IMG/VR virus record: IMGVR_UViG_3300045996_001676
Location: 1-60,793 of that record
Source: a virus
Lineage: Duplodnaviria; Caudoviricetes
Length of the DNA stretch: 60,793 nucleotides
Strand: one strand, 5' to 3'
Below are positions 42,543-52,073 of this stretch, piece after piece. Both the position numbers and the translations under genes were made by a program. The stretch's first letter is position 1. Each line of letters opens with the position of its first letter. The notes beneath the pieces are model-generated. The model saw nothing but the letters and a program-made list of their open reading frames with translations. It was not told the origin of the DNA and did no database searches.

Positions 42543-42806
42543 ATGATGCCGACTCTCACCATCTATCTGCCGCCCGACGGCCGCGCCGTGCAGTTCGGCC
42601 CGCGAATGACCGTGCAGGATATCAAAACCCTGGAGCTCGCCATGCAGAAGGGGCAGACAAAAGGCGAATTGCAGTTTTACCACTTCGAGCCGTCGACCAG
42701 GATCAAGAGCTACGGCCGCGGGCTCCTCCGCCACCGCGCCACCGACGGCTATACCGAAGCGTGGTTTGAGATCTTGGGCGTTTTTACTTGCGAGGCAGAC
42801 GAATGA
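42543..42806 (+). CDS. Hypothetical protein
   Basis: 87 aa coupled to neighbours. Confidence 0.55.
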   Translation: MMPTLTIYLPPDGRAVQFGPRMTVQDIKTLELAMQKGQTKGELQFYHFEPSTRIKSYGRGLLRHRATDGYTEAWFEILGVFTCEADE

Positions 42807-43039
42807 GCGACATGCACCCGTGCGCCATGTGTAAGGGAACCGGCCGCGTTCCACTCTCCGGCATTTACGCCGATACACTCGCCCTCTTGCGGAAGTACCG
42901 GAATTTATGCGGGGCTGATCTAGCCGCCATCGCCCGCTGCAACGGTTCGGCCATGTGCAATCGACTCGCGGCGCTTGAGAAGATGGGTTTTGCTACGTCC
43001 ACCCGGTACGGGCGCCAAAGACTTTGGAAGGCGAAGTAG
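42803..43039 (+). CDS. Small winged-helix protein with CxxCxGxG motif
   Basis: 'CAMCKGTG', 'GADLAAIARCNGSAMCNRLAALEKMGF'. Confidence 0.6.
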   Translation: MSDMHPCAMCKGTGRVPLSGIYADTLALLRKYRNLCGADLAAIARCNGSAMCNRLAALEKMGFATSTRYGRQRLWKAK

Positions 43040-43073
43040 CGCCCCGCTACAATGCTGGCGAGGAGATCCGACC

Positions 43074-43259
43074 ATGCGAAACGTCCCCACCAGCTCGACC
43101 CTTATCGTCATCGGCGCCACGCTCGCGATCGGCGCGATCTTTTGGGCCCAGGCCAGCGCCGCCGTAGGCCTTGCGATGGGAGCTCCAGGGCTCGCCATGA
43201 TCGCCGCCGGTGTGATCGCCAAGGCGGTAGCGACCGGCGTCAGGGAGTCCCGGCCTTGA
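43074..43259 (+). CDS. Small membrane protein
   Basis: 61 aa with two hydrophobic segments, AGGAG RBS. Confidence 0.5.
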   Translation: MRNVPTSSTLIVIGATLAIGAIFWAQASAAVGLAMGAPGLAMIAAGVIAKAVATGVRESRP

Positions 43260-43602
43260 CTTGGGGGGGAGCTGTCGCGCGGATGAACCAGACCGTCGCC
43301 GTCGCGCCACCCCCGACGATCGCGGTAATGATCGCCGAGATCATCGCCGCCATGATTGCCCGCTTGAACACGTCCCCTCCCTTTTTGATATCCGACTCCG
43401 CCTGCGCCGCCTGTCGCAGCGCGGCGATCTCTTGCCGTAGCGCTGGCTTTCCGTTCCCGAAAAGCTCGTGATCGTGCTCCATCAAAGTTGAGTCAATTCT
43501 GCGGAAGTCTTTTTCGCCCTCCGCCAGCCGCACGTAAATCGGGCCGAGAGCGACCTTGACCACCTCGCCGATACGATTCAGATCCTGCTCAGTCAATGAC
43601 AT
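43240..43602 (-). CDS. Holin/XhlA-like coiled-coil membrane protein
   Basis: 120 aa from MSLTEQD; coiled coil, 'LFGNGKP', C-terminal TM; last gene of the late arm. Confidence 0.5.
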   Translation of the reverse strand: MSLTEQDLNRIGEVVKVALGPIYVRLAEGEKDFRRIDSTLMEHDHELFGNGKPALRQEIAALRQAAQAESDIKKGGDVFKRAIMAAMISAIITAIVGGGATATVWFIRATAPPQVKAGTP

Positions 43603-43672
43603 GCCCACGGGGCTCCTTTGCTTGCGTTGTCGATGGTGCCTTTTTCTCCGTTCCCGTCGTGGCCGCGCCACA

Positions 43673-44059
43673 TTACACGCTAGACTTGCCGCCGCGAATC
43701 GTGATCGTGCCCGAGCTGGAGGCGATCGTCGCGCCGAAGCGAATCGCCTGCACGCCGTTCGCGCGGATATGCAGATGCGCCTTCGCGCCGTTGGCGAGGC
43801 CGCCCGGATCGCCCGCCACAAACAGAATATTTCCGGTTGGGGCGTCGGCGATCACCGCGTCAATATCCGCCGTCGTGATGAAGTCGTACCATTCGCCGCT
43901 TGCGTGATCGCGCGCCTGGACCTTGAAATTGTCGATGGCCTGCCCGCTCCCGTTGGAGATCTCCAGAGAGACGGCCAGCTCTCCGGCGACGGTGAGCGCC
44001 TCCGAGTACGCCAGCACGGTCGAGGCGGCAATGGGTTTCGTGAATGAGGTATAAGACAT
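43673..44059 (-). CDS. Small virion-associated beta-sandwich protein
   Basis: 128 aa from MSYTSF, follows the tail-fibre-like genes. Confidence 0.5.
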   Translation of the reverse strand: MSYTSFTKPIAASTVLAYSEALTVAGELAVSLEISNGSGQAIDNFKVQARDHASGEWYDFITTADIDAVIADAPTGNILFVAGDPGGLANGAKAHLHIRANGVQAIRFGATIASSSGTITIRGGKSSV

Positions 44060-44072
44060 AAGACTCTCCAGG

Positions 44073-45845
44073 TTAGATGTATCCAAAAAGGCCCAGGCCG
44101 ATCTCGTCGTCGGAAGTAGCTCCGCCGCCGCCGCCCGAAAGAAACTGCCATGCATCAGTGACCGCCAGAACCGTTCCGCCGATCTCAATACTCAGGGTGA
44201 CCATATCTCCATCTACGACGCTTTCGGGGCTGGCTTCTGCGCCGTTCACCAACAGCTTTAACTCGGCAATCGGCATGTACCAGTTCACGACGGTTTCGGC
44301 GATCACAAAAACCCAATCGACCTCATTCGGCCCCGCCGCCTCGAACGTTACCGCGTCGGTGATATCCTCCGGATCGCTCTCATTATCGACGACGATCTCT
44401 ACGCCCTCTTCGCTGGGGCCGCCGGAGTTTTCCAACGCGCCGCCGTCGTCCGTGAGGCCGAGATCCAAGCCGGGATGAACCATGTGGCTCAGCGTGATTG
44501 TGCCGCCCTGCGGATTCGTGGTGCCGCTGGCGGCGACGAATGACAAGATCAGGAGATCAGTATTTAGCGTGGCGTTTCCCGAGAGGGTGAGCTGGCCGAT
44601 GTCCGTCGTGCTCGCATCCACGCCGCCGGGATCGAACGCCACCAGGATCTGGGCACCGTTGACGGTGGCGCTCAGAATCTCCGGAACGGGCGCCGACGTT
44701 GTGGCCGGAACCGCAGCGCAGAACGCCGATTCGTTGGCCTCCGCATCGTATGCAGAAACTTGCAGGCCGGTCGCATAGACCGTGTTCGGCGTGAGTCCTG
44801 TTTTCTGGTAGGTCAAAACGTTTCCGATATCGACCGCGGCGCCGCCCTCCCACTTGATCTTGTAGCCCGTCACCGCCGTATCATCCGTGGAAGCCGCCCA
44901 CGTGTAAGTAGCCGTGGTCATCGTAACGGCGGTATTGGTGAGGCTCGCCGGTACTGTCGGAGGATCGGTGTCGGCGGGCGGAATAGTCGTGCCTGACGTG
45001 TAGTGGGCGGCGACACGCGCGCCGCTGAGCAGGTAATCGTACATCGCCACTTCATCGACGATGCCGTCCATGGCGCTGCCAACACCATAGACGTACCCGA
45101 TAATCAGGCGAGGGTTATTGACGTTCCAGCCAAACCCAACCGCCGAGCCGATGTTGCCCGCGAGTACTGAAACACCGTTCAGATAGAATTTAACGTCGCC
45201 TGTCGATTCATCGATGTTAAAAACGATGTGAAGCGTGTCGCCGACAGAATAGCTGATCGCACTGGATTCGACGTACGGGCCGAACGGATACCACGTGTAG
45301 CGCAGCTTGCCCGACTTGATCTCGACCCGTGCGCCGTCGTTGTACACCGAGAACAAAACGCGATCCTGAACCGAATCGGGTTTAATCCAGATTTCCAGCG
45401 TGATTGTGCCGCTAGGGTATTGTCCCGTGAAGACGGCGATTGCTCGATCACTGTTATCGAAATCGGCGGCCTCGTCCGCGTCACCGGCCAGCAGGCCAGC
45501 CGCCTCAAAAGTGGGAATGCTGGATGGTCCGGAGAGATTCGTCGCGACCGGGAAGTAGATCGAAAGGTCCACGCCCGTCGCCGTAGCCGTCGCGGCAAGG
45601 TTGAGCGTGATCGAGGAGCCGGTCTTACTGACCACCGTAGAGTCGGCTTGAATTCCAGTCCCGACCACATACATACCGGGGTAAATATCGCTGGTGTCCG
45701 CGATGGCGACGGTTGTACTGGAATTGGTGGTGTCGCCCGTGGTTTCGACCCTCGCCAGATCGACGGGGTTAAGTGTCCCCGCCGCGTCGTTGAGGCGCAG
45801 ATAGAGCATCGGAGAATCGCTGAGCACTTCGGATTGATACGACAT
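44073..45845 (-). CDS. LamG/ConA-like plus fibronectin type III tail-associated protein
   Basis: 'LSDSPMLYLRLND', 'ITLEIWIKP', 'GIVDEVAMYDYLLS...AHY' (LamG); 'DTDPPTVPASL...WAASTDDTAVTGY...VSAYDAEANES' (FN3). Confidence 0.85.
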   Translation of the reverse strand: MSYQSEVLSDSPMLYLRLNDAAGTLNPVDLARVETTGDTTNSSTTVAIADTSDIYPGMYVVGTGIQADSTVVSKTGSSITLNLAATATATGVDLSIYFPVATNLSGPSSIPTFEAAGLLAGDADEAADFDNSDRAIAVFTGQYPSGTITLEIWIKPDSVQDRVLFSVYNDGARVEIKSGKLRYTWYPFGPYVESSAISYSVGDTLHIVFNIDESTGDVKFYLNGVSVLAGNIGSAVGFGWNVNNPRLIIGYVYGVGSAMDGIVDEVAMYDYLLSGARVAAHYTSGTTIPPADTDPPTVPASLTNTAVTMTTATYTWAASTDDTAVTGYKIKWEGGAAVDIGNVLTYQKTGLTPNTVYATGLQVSAYDAEANESAFCAAVPATTSAPVPEILSATVNGAQILVAFDPGGVDASTTDIGQLTLSGNATLNTDLLILSFVAASGTTNPQGGTITLSHMVHPGLDLGLTDDGGALENSGGPSEEGVEIVVDNESDPEDITDAVTFEAAGPNEVDWVFVIAETVVNWYMPIAELKLLVNGAEASPESVVDGDMVTLSIEIGGTVLAVTDAWQFLSGGGGGATSDDEIGLGLFGYI

Positions 45846-45857
45846 TAAAGGCTCCTA

Positions 45858-48713
45858 TCAGGCTTCTGGAATTTCCGCGGTGTCGGTGAACGATCCCTGT
45901 GTGACGGACGACACGCCATCTCCGAAGTTGCCTGAGATTGCTGTATCCACAACGAATCCCGATGCCGTCATTTCCCAGCGATTACCCACTAGTTCCACTG
46001 AGGCGGTGATGGGCGATTCGTAGATTGAGTAATTGTCGATGTACTCCATCTCCAACACGACCGGGATCGTGTTGAGTACGCCATTGATTCGAATTGCTCC
46101 AATGGCAATATTCAGCTTGGGCCGCTCGTATGCGTAGATCGTTCCCGTTTTCGTGAACCGGAAGCAGCGCTTTGCATTGGTGATGCCGGTAATAGTGATC
46201 GTCTCAAACGAGTCAGTGACCGTGAATCCAGCAACATCCTCGATCTCGATTGTGGCGTCCGGCGCGATCGCCAGCTCCGCCGTTAGCTCGTTATCATCGA
46301 ATCCGATTCGATCGTCCCAGCACGTGAAATTCATCCACGCGCCCTCTTCATCCCAAGTCTCATAACTTCCCGTCATCATAAACCGGGAAGGCTCCTGAGC
46401 GACGCCGCCCGGAACGTGCCGACAAATACAGTTGTGGGCGCGAAGAGGATTGCCCGTGCCATCGAACGAGAATTGTCCCGTGAACGACATATTACGGAGG
46501 ACTACCACGTCCGATCCAACACTCAGCCCGCCGTTGCCAAGGGCGAACATGATCGAGCCTAAGCCGCAGTGCGTAATAACGGTGTACTGCGGAATCGATC
46601 CGTCACCATTGAGCACGAATCCGCGCGCTAGGCCGGGGCCGATCACCGCCCGGCAAAACCGCATGTAAAACGTCTGGGTATACAGGCCGCTCCCGCCATC
46701 GAACATGAACACGATATCGGGGTGAACGCCATCGCCCGGTGCCAGGGGTGGGATTCGATCCTCGTTTGGCGGCAGAATGATCGTTTCGAATTGGCAGTTC
46801 GACATCCCCCCGCCGTAAATCTTGAAGCCCCAGATACCCCACCGCGTGCGGCAGTTCGCCGCCGCCCATGCCGACTTGACAACGCCCTGATTGAAGAAAT
46901 CGCAGTTAATGTAACTGCAATCCCCGAAATTCATATCGTTACCATTGGCGATATAGTTCATCCCATGGTACGTCTCCCACAAGTGACCGGAGAGCGGCCC
47001 CTGGTGTAGACAGTCGATGAAAATATGCGCGGTTGAATTGTCCGGGTCCGGGTCCGCGAAGTAAGGCCACACGATATCAGGATCGCCCGTCCCAAACTGG
47101 AACCCGCGATAAATCGTCTTCGCTGGGCCCGGAACTTTCGTATTGGCCCCGTTGGTCGAGACAATGGCCTCATCCATCGGCACGGCCGGATCTCGCTCGA
47201 ATTCGAAGAATGTCGTGTTGTCCGGCGGGCTCTCTGTGCGCTCAAGGAGGTAATCCCCAGCGCCTACCATTACACGCACGTGGTTGGTCGTGCCGTGAAT
47301 CAGCGTCGCGCCGCTGAATGTCGCCTTCGGCAGTAAGGCAGTCAATCCAGAATTTTCATCACTCCCCGCACCCGACATATAGCCGAGGAGAGTCGCGCCC
47401 TCTTTATCGCAATCGACTATATGCTTGACGCCAAAATCCGTTTCCGTACCGTCGCCGTTGTCCGACTTCACATAGATATTTTTCAGGCCGGATGTTTCGA
47501 AATCGTCCGACGAAAATTCCAGCACGTACCCCTTTGATCCCAGCGATCGCACGCCGACATCCCCCGTGTTCGCTCGCGTCGTATTGAGCGTTTCCTCCGT
47601 CACCGTGTCGAACGTGGTCGCCCAGTTATCAAAAGAAAATCGAAGCGCCACAATGCCGCTTGGATGATCCGCCCAGAATGTCACCTTCTCCGCGCCGGTG
47701 AATCGCCGCCCGCTGTACTCTTCGGGCGCCGGAATGCACCATGCGGGCGATCCGACGATGGTAGGAGTCAGATTCGCCGGATCCGTCAACGCCCCGCTGT
47801 TGGTCGCGGAGATCGTGAGCACGCCCGTTTCAGTCGGAAGGAAATCAACCGTCTGCGGCGTGTCGTTCGCGTCGAAAGTCAGGACCACGGCGTCGGCGCC
47901 CGTGAGCCCCGCCCCCGACGGGCTTACCGTAATCGTGTCGTCCGCCAATGCATTCGGTTCGATGGTGACGCGGTGGGGATACCCTGCAATCACCGTTGAC
48001 CCGGAGTTGGTCATCGTATAGGCCGTGGCCGAATCTCCGGTGTACGTGAGCGTGAGTCCAGTAAAGACGGTGCCGTTCGCGATACTGCCTGAATCCGATC
48101 CGCCGCAGTCCAGCCCGATTGTCGCTGGCCCGGTAAGGTGCCGATCCGCGTGCGTGTCGTCATACGTCAACACTTCCACGCCGTTCACGAGAAGATGAAG
48201 GCGCACGCAATCCGCCTCAGCAGGCGGCGACCCTGCCCCCGTCAATAAATCCTCCGCCCATAGGCGAATCGTTCGCCCCGTCCCCGCCGTAAGACCGTGA
48301 TCGACCACCCCCTCGGAAAACATTACATCAGCCCGACCGAAGAGGTAAATTTTCCCGTTGTAGTTACTGAAAAACGCTCGGTAGCCGTAGTTCGGAGCAC
48401 TCTTTCGAACGCCGATTTCCACAGAGTGATATGGGTAGGTATTCATGCTCAAGACATGAAGCTCGGCCTCGATGTCCGAACAGTCCCCATAGGTTCCGTT
48501 GATCGTGTACGCGCGTCTTGCGTTGGTGCGATTGAGAAATACCTGCCCGTTCAGGATTGAGGCGAACGCATCCACATGGCCGGTGGAAATACCGGCGATA
48601 CCCTCGAACGTTAAATTGTCCTCCGTGTGCTCCGTCAGTGGGGTGGGGAGAAGCGACTCCGAGTAATCCCGCTCGATCTCAAACGTGGCTGTTTTTGTGC
48701 CGATCATTGTCAT
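45858..48713 (-). CDS. Large tail spike / receptor-binding protein (ConA-like, Ig-like and beta-helix parts)
   Basis: 951 aa from MTMIGTK; 'GAGSDENSGLTALLPKATFSGA' beta-helix cap motif; Thr/Gly/Asp-rich. Confidence 0.65.
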   Translation of the reverse strand: MTMIGTKTATFEIERDYSESLLPTPLTEHTEDNLTFEGIAGISTGHVDAFASILNGQVFLNRTNARRAYTINGTYGDCSDIEAELHVLSMNTYPYHSVEIGVRKSAPNYGYRAFFSNYNGKIYLFGRADVMFSEGVVDHGLTAGTGRTIRLWAEDLLTGAGSPPAEADCVRLHLLVNGVEVLTYDDTHADRHLTGPATIGLDCGGSDSGSIANGTVFTGLTLTYTGDSATAYTMTNSGSTVIAGYPHRVTIEPNALADDTITVSPSGAGLTGADAVVLTFDANDTPQTVDFLPTETGVLTISATNSGALTDPANLTPTIVGSPAWCIPAPEEYSGRRFTGAEKVTFWADHPSGIVALRFSFDNWATTFDTVTEETLNTTRANTGDVGVRSLGSKGYVLEFSSDDFETSGLKNIYVKSDNGDGTETDFGVKHIVDCDKEGATLLGYMSGAGSDENSGLTALLPKATFSGATLIHGTTNHVRVMVGAGDYLLERTESPPDNTTFFEFERDPAVPMDEAIVSTNGANTKVPGPAKTIYRGFQFGTGDPDIVWPYFADPDPDNSTAHIFIDCLHQGPLSGHLWETYHGMNYIANGNDMNFGDCSYINCDFFNQGVVKSAWAAANCRTRWGIWGFKIYGGGMSNCQFETIILPPNEDRIPPLAPGDGVHPDIVFMFDGGSGLYTQTFYMRFCRAVIGPGLARGFVLNGDGSIPQYTVITHCGLGSIMFALGNGGLSVGSDVVVLRNMSFTGQFSFDGTGNPLRAHNCICRHVPGGVAQEPSRFMMTGSYETWDEEGAWMNFTCWDDRIGFDDNELTAELAIAPDATIEIEDVAGFTVTDSFETITITGITNAKRCFRFTKTGTIYAYERPKLNIAIGAIRINGVLNTIPVVLEMEYIDNYSIYESPITASVELVGNRWEMTASGFVVDTAISGNFGDGVSSVTQGSFTDTAEIPEA

Positions 48714-50236
48714 TGCTGGGGACTCCGTAGAGTGTCGATATGAACGATCGGCCGCAGGCCTTTCGCCGCCGCGTCGTCTTTCCACTCGACGGCGCGCCCG
48801 CCGATCGCGCGGATGTCCTGGTAGTTAGTGTGCCCGGTGAGGATCGCCCGCGGCGTCACCGTCCGCGCGATCTCATGCGTCCCCCAGCTGTACGGGTATT
48901 CCATCCAATAGCCGGTGGCCCAGGCGGCGACGTCGCAAGAGGTTTCGGGCAGAATCGAGATCCCTGCCCGGCGCCAGCTCGCCAGGATCCTCAGCCACTC
49001 GTGACCCTCGCGCGGCGACGGTTGCCCGCCGGTATCCCAGAACGCGAGCGACACGCCCCGCGCCACCAGGGCATCGCGAAGCCGCGCGGTGTACTCACGA
49101 TTCGCCACCAGCTCAAGCCGGAGATTCGTCTGGACGTACGGCGCTGCGGCCGTGAGCGCGATCGCGTCCGCATCCAGGGGGGGCGAAACAAATGGATTGA
49201 TCAAAACGCCGCTTCGGATCCCGACGTCGCGCGCCACGCGCAACGACTCGAACCATGCGAAATGACCAGGATACGGATCGTAATAGTGCGACCGGCCATC
49301 CGGCGGCGACCACTGGATAAACGCCGCAGCGCCGCCCCGCTTCGCGCGCTCGAGGCTTGCCCGCATCTCCTCCGGCGGCGTCCAGTTCGAGTAAGCGATC
49401 GGCCCCGTGGGCAGATCCGCCACCGCCTCCGGAATGCCCAAATCCCCCATAAACGGCGAAAGGATATACCGGCGATAATATTTCGCCAGATCCTCCGCAG
49501 TGCCCGGCATGATCCGATACGCGGCCCCTAGCGTGATCGACTCGCCCGGCGCCAGCGCCAGCTCGTAACGGAGAAACGGGTTGACCTCGCCCCCAGGCCC
49601 CGCGAACCAATAGCAGAGGGTGGGAGTAAGGGAGCGATTAAAGAAGAGGATCCCCAAAACCTCGCCGCCGCCCTCGATCGAAACGATGGGAGAGAAGCCA
49701 GCGCCCGGCCAGGTGGAACCATTTCCCTGAACCCAGGAAGATGGTGCCTCCGTCGTCACCCCGCCGCGGAATGGCGAAACGATCCTCCCCCCCACCGGCC
49801 CCACGATCTCCGGGAGCCGGATGTCGATCGAGTCCAGCCGCCCCGTCCACCCGTTATGAATGACGATCTCGAACGCACGGCCGGACGCGACGCGCTCCTC
49901 CCGCAGCTCGATACGGGCGTCTCCTGGAGTGCCGCGCCAGCTCGTACGCGTCACCCTCTGGCCGATCACCTCGCCCAAGCGTGCAAACGTCACCCGCTGG
50001 CCGTCGGATGCCCCTGCATCGGCCTCCAGGCCTCGCCGCGGTTGGTGCGCTGGGGCGATGTCGAACCCGAGCGACACGACCAGGGCGAGGAGGATCATCC
50101 ACCCGCGGCCGTCGAATTCGTCGTTCGAATAGCGGATGAATCTCCAAAGCTGGTGAATCAGCATCGCCACGACCGCCCCCAGCGCCACGACTGGCAGCAA
50201 CAAAAGGGCGATGAGGATGGAGACGAGAACGCTCAT
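48710..50236 (-). CDS. Membrane-anchored protein with a putative glycoside-hydrolase-like barrel
   Basis: 508 aa from MSVLVS; two N-terminal hydrophobic segments, beta-rich part, then alternating alpha/beta with 'LAFWDTGG' and 'ILPETS'. Confidence 0.4.
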   Translation of the reverse strand: MSVLVSILIALLLLPVVALGAVVAMLIHQLWRFIRYSNDEFDGRGWMILLALVVSLGFDIAPAHQPRRGLEADAGASDGQRVTFARLGEVIGQRVTRTSWRGTPGDARIELREERVASGRAFEIVIHNGWTGRLDSIDIRLPEIVGPVGGRIVSPFRGGVTTEAPSSWVQGNGSTWPGAGFSPIVSIEGGGEVLGILFFNRSLTPTLCYWFAGPGGEVNPFLRYELALAPGESITLGAAYRIMPGTAEDLAKYYRRYILSPFMGDLGIPEAVADLPTGPIAYSNWTPPEEMRASLERAKRGGAAAFIQWSPPDGRSHYYDPYPGHFAWFESLRVARDVGIRSGVLINPFVSPPLDADAIALTAAAPYVQTNLRLELVANREYTARLRDALVARGVSLAFWDTGGQPSPREGHEWLRILASWRRAGISILPETSCDVAAWATGYWMEYPYSWGTHEIARTVTPRAILTGHTNYQDIRAIGGRAVEWKDDAAAKGLRPIVHIDTLRSPQQ

Positions 50237-50505
50237 TATTTCCCAGCAGGGCGGCAGCCCAATCCCTTTTCCGACATGATCGAGGCGACGTCTTCGGCGT
50301 GAAGGCAATCGCAGAGACAGGCCCCCACGACCACCGCAGTGCCATAGGCGCTATCCGTTCCCGTTACGACGATTTGGCCGTTACAGTAATCATTCCCCGT
50401 GGTGGCATTCTGGAGCGTGCCGACGGCGATCGGCCGGGACGTACCGGATCCGAACAAAACCACCGTATCTCCATTTTTGGCTTCGCGCCCGTTTCTGTAG
50501 TGCAT
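50236..50505 (-). CDS. Conserved-type phage hypothetical protein
   Basis: 'MHYRNGREAKNGD...NDYCNG...ACLCDCLH'. Confidence 0.7.
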   Translation of the reverse strand: MHYRNGREAKNGDTVVLFGSGTSRPIAVGTLQNATTGNDYCNGQIVVTGTDSAYGTAVVVGACLCDCLHAEDVASIMSEKGLGCRPAGK

Positions 50506-50514
50506 AAAACTCTC

Positions 50515-51153
50515 CTATTTGAGCCTCTGGAATTCGTCATGCTGGCGCGCGGCGAAAATCGCCCGCGCCGCCAAAATGATTCGATCATGCACCCGCTCAT
50601 CTCGGCACATTTCCGAGTGCCCCAGGTTGAAGCCGAGATCGACGTCGCCGCACTCGTACCCGCTGCGCGGCATGTGTCCCCCCACCAGGAAGCTTTTCGC
50701 GTTGCCATCCGCCCGCGGCCGGAGCTGAACGCCCCGCACGATCGGATCCTTTCGCTGATAGAAGGCACGCCCCGCCATCGCCGACAATGGCAGCTCGACG
50801 CGATGCTCCGCCTTTTCATCGGCGAGAATGTGCTGGAGAGGATTCGCGACGGGGGCCTCGTCCAGATACACCGCCAGCGCGACACTGTTCGGCGGGAGCG
50901 CCAGGAGGCATTTATGCATTCTCCACGCGCCGTGGCTGTGCCCGATCGCAATGATGGGATCGAAACCGATGTTTCGCAGGCGGGATATCGTTTGCTCGAC
51001 CGGGTACGCCATGCCCGCCCCGTCCCACGTCGCATAGTAATCGTCGCATCCGGTCGACTCTGCCAGGGCCTCCACCATCGGGCGAAGGCCGCACCCGTCG
51101 GAAGAAAGCGGGGTGTTGAGTCCGAAGAAGGTGACGATCACGCCGCGCATCAT
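50515..51153 (-). CDS. Alpha/beta hydrolase (lipase/esterase-like)
   Basis: Nucleophile elbow 'IAIGHSHGA', 'YLDEA', 'QRKDP', 'LGHSEM'. Confidence 0.75.
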   Translation of the reverse strand: MMRGVIVTFFGLNTPLSSDGCGLRPMVEALAESTGCDDYYATWDGAGMAYPVEQTISRLRNIGFDPIIAIGHSHGAWRMHKCLLALPPNSVALAVYLDEAPVANPLQHILADEKAEHRVELPLSAMAGRAFYQRKDPIVRGVQLRPRADGNAKSFLVGGHMPRSGYECGDVDLGFNLGHSEMCRDERVHDRIILAARAIFAARQHDEFQRLK

Positions 51154-51338
51154 CTCCCGTTCCCCTTCAATGCCTGAGTAACGAAATCGACATGAGAGGC
51201 TTGGCTCTTGCCCGCGGCCTCATGCAGTGCTTTCACCAGCGCCGCCCGCTCCGCCTCCGCCGTCTCAGCCGCCGCGATCTTGGCGCGTGCGAGCTCGGCG
51301 GCGACTCCGATCAGCTGCAAGATCAGGGCGGTTTCCAT
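51150..51338 (-). CDS. Small helical protein of the putative lysis cassette
   Basis: 62 aa, GGAG RBS, ATGA coupling. Confidence 0.55.
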   Translation of the reverse strand: METALILQLIGVAAELARAKIAAAETAEAERAALVKALHEAAGKSQASHVDFVTQALKGNGR

Positions 51339-51344
51339 GATCGA

Positions 51345-51938
51345 TCACTCCGGGCGCGTGGTTGGTCCCTGCGCGTTGGAAAAACGAGCGATTGCATCCG
51401 CGAGAAGCTTGCTTTGCTGTGCGACCGTCACCCGATCGCCCGCCTCCGCCGCGGCCGTGGCCGCCTCCAGGATCTCGAACATCGTTTGTTCGAGGGGGAG
51501 ATAGATCTGGCGCATGTCCGTATCGGAGATATCCCCGCGGCGATGCCGCTCGGCGATGATCGCCACCGCGACTTGATAGCGAAGATGCCAGCGCCCCACC
51601 TCCGCGAGCATTCGATCCTGTTCGGTGACCGGCGTCGGCGGCGTCGCGAACAAGCTGCACCCGGGCGCCGCCACCAGGAGCCCCATTGCCAGCACGACAC
51701 CCGCCAGCATCGGAACGCCGTCGCCATCCTTCCGCGCTTTGATCCACTTCCAGAACTTCGGCCACGCCAGCTCCAGGCCAGCGCACAACGCCAGCGCCAC
51801 GATCCCCGCCGCGGCCGCGCTTGCCGCCCCCAGATCATCGGCGCTCATGTCGGCACCAACCATCGCGGCAATCGTCGCGAAGAGGCTGTAAATCATCCGC
51901 GCCACGACCAGATAAGCGAATCGCTGGAGAGCTTTCAC
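51345..51938 (-). CDS. Membrane protein with internal lipobox (holin/spanin-like)
   Basis: Two TM segments, then 'MLAGVVLAMGLLVAAPGC' and a helical domain; GGAGG RBS. Confidence 0.55.
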   Translation of the reverse strand: MKALQRFAYLVVARMIYSLFATIAAMVGADMSADDLGAASAAAAGIVALALCAGLELAWPKFWKWIKARKDGDGVPMLAGVVLAMGLLVAAPGCSLFATPPTPVTEQDRMLAEVGRWHLRYQVAVAIIAERHRRGDISDTDMRQIYLPLEQTMFEILEAATAAAEAGDRVTVAQQSKLLADAIARFSNAQGPTTRPE

Positions 51939-51987
51939 AGTTAAACCTCCACAAAACCGTATGCTTTTATCCTTGGGCTCAGTTAGG

Positions 51988-52006
51988 TATAGGCCGAACA
52001 GTCCCC
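51988..52006 (-). promoter_or_regulatory. Putative late promoter C (GGGGACTG-N6-CTATA)
   Basis: Consensus copy directly after a terminator. Confidence 0.65.
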
Positions 52007-52044
52007 AAAAAGAGAGCCCGGCGGTGTGCTATTCACCGCCGGGC
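52007..52044 (-). terminator. Rho-independent terminator of the tail operon
   Basis: GCCCGGCGGTG / CACCGCCGGGC 11-bp stem followed on the minus strand by TCTCTTTTT. Confidence 0.75.
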
Positions 52045-52073
52045 CGGACCCACGGGGAGGCAATCCGCGGGTT

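Noticed and set aside
44073-48713. Diversity-generating retroelement targeting the receptor-binding genes
   Set aside because: No reverse transcriptase and no adenine-variant TR/VR pair was noticed by eye.
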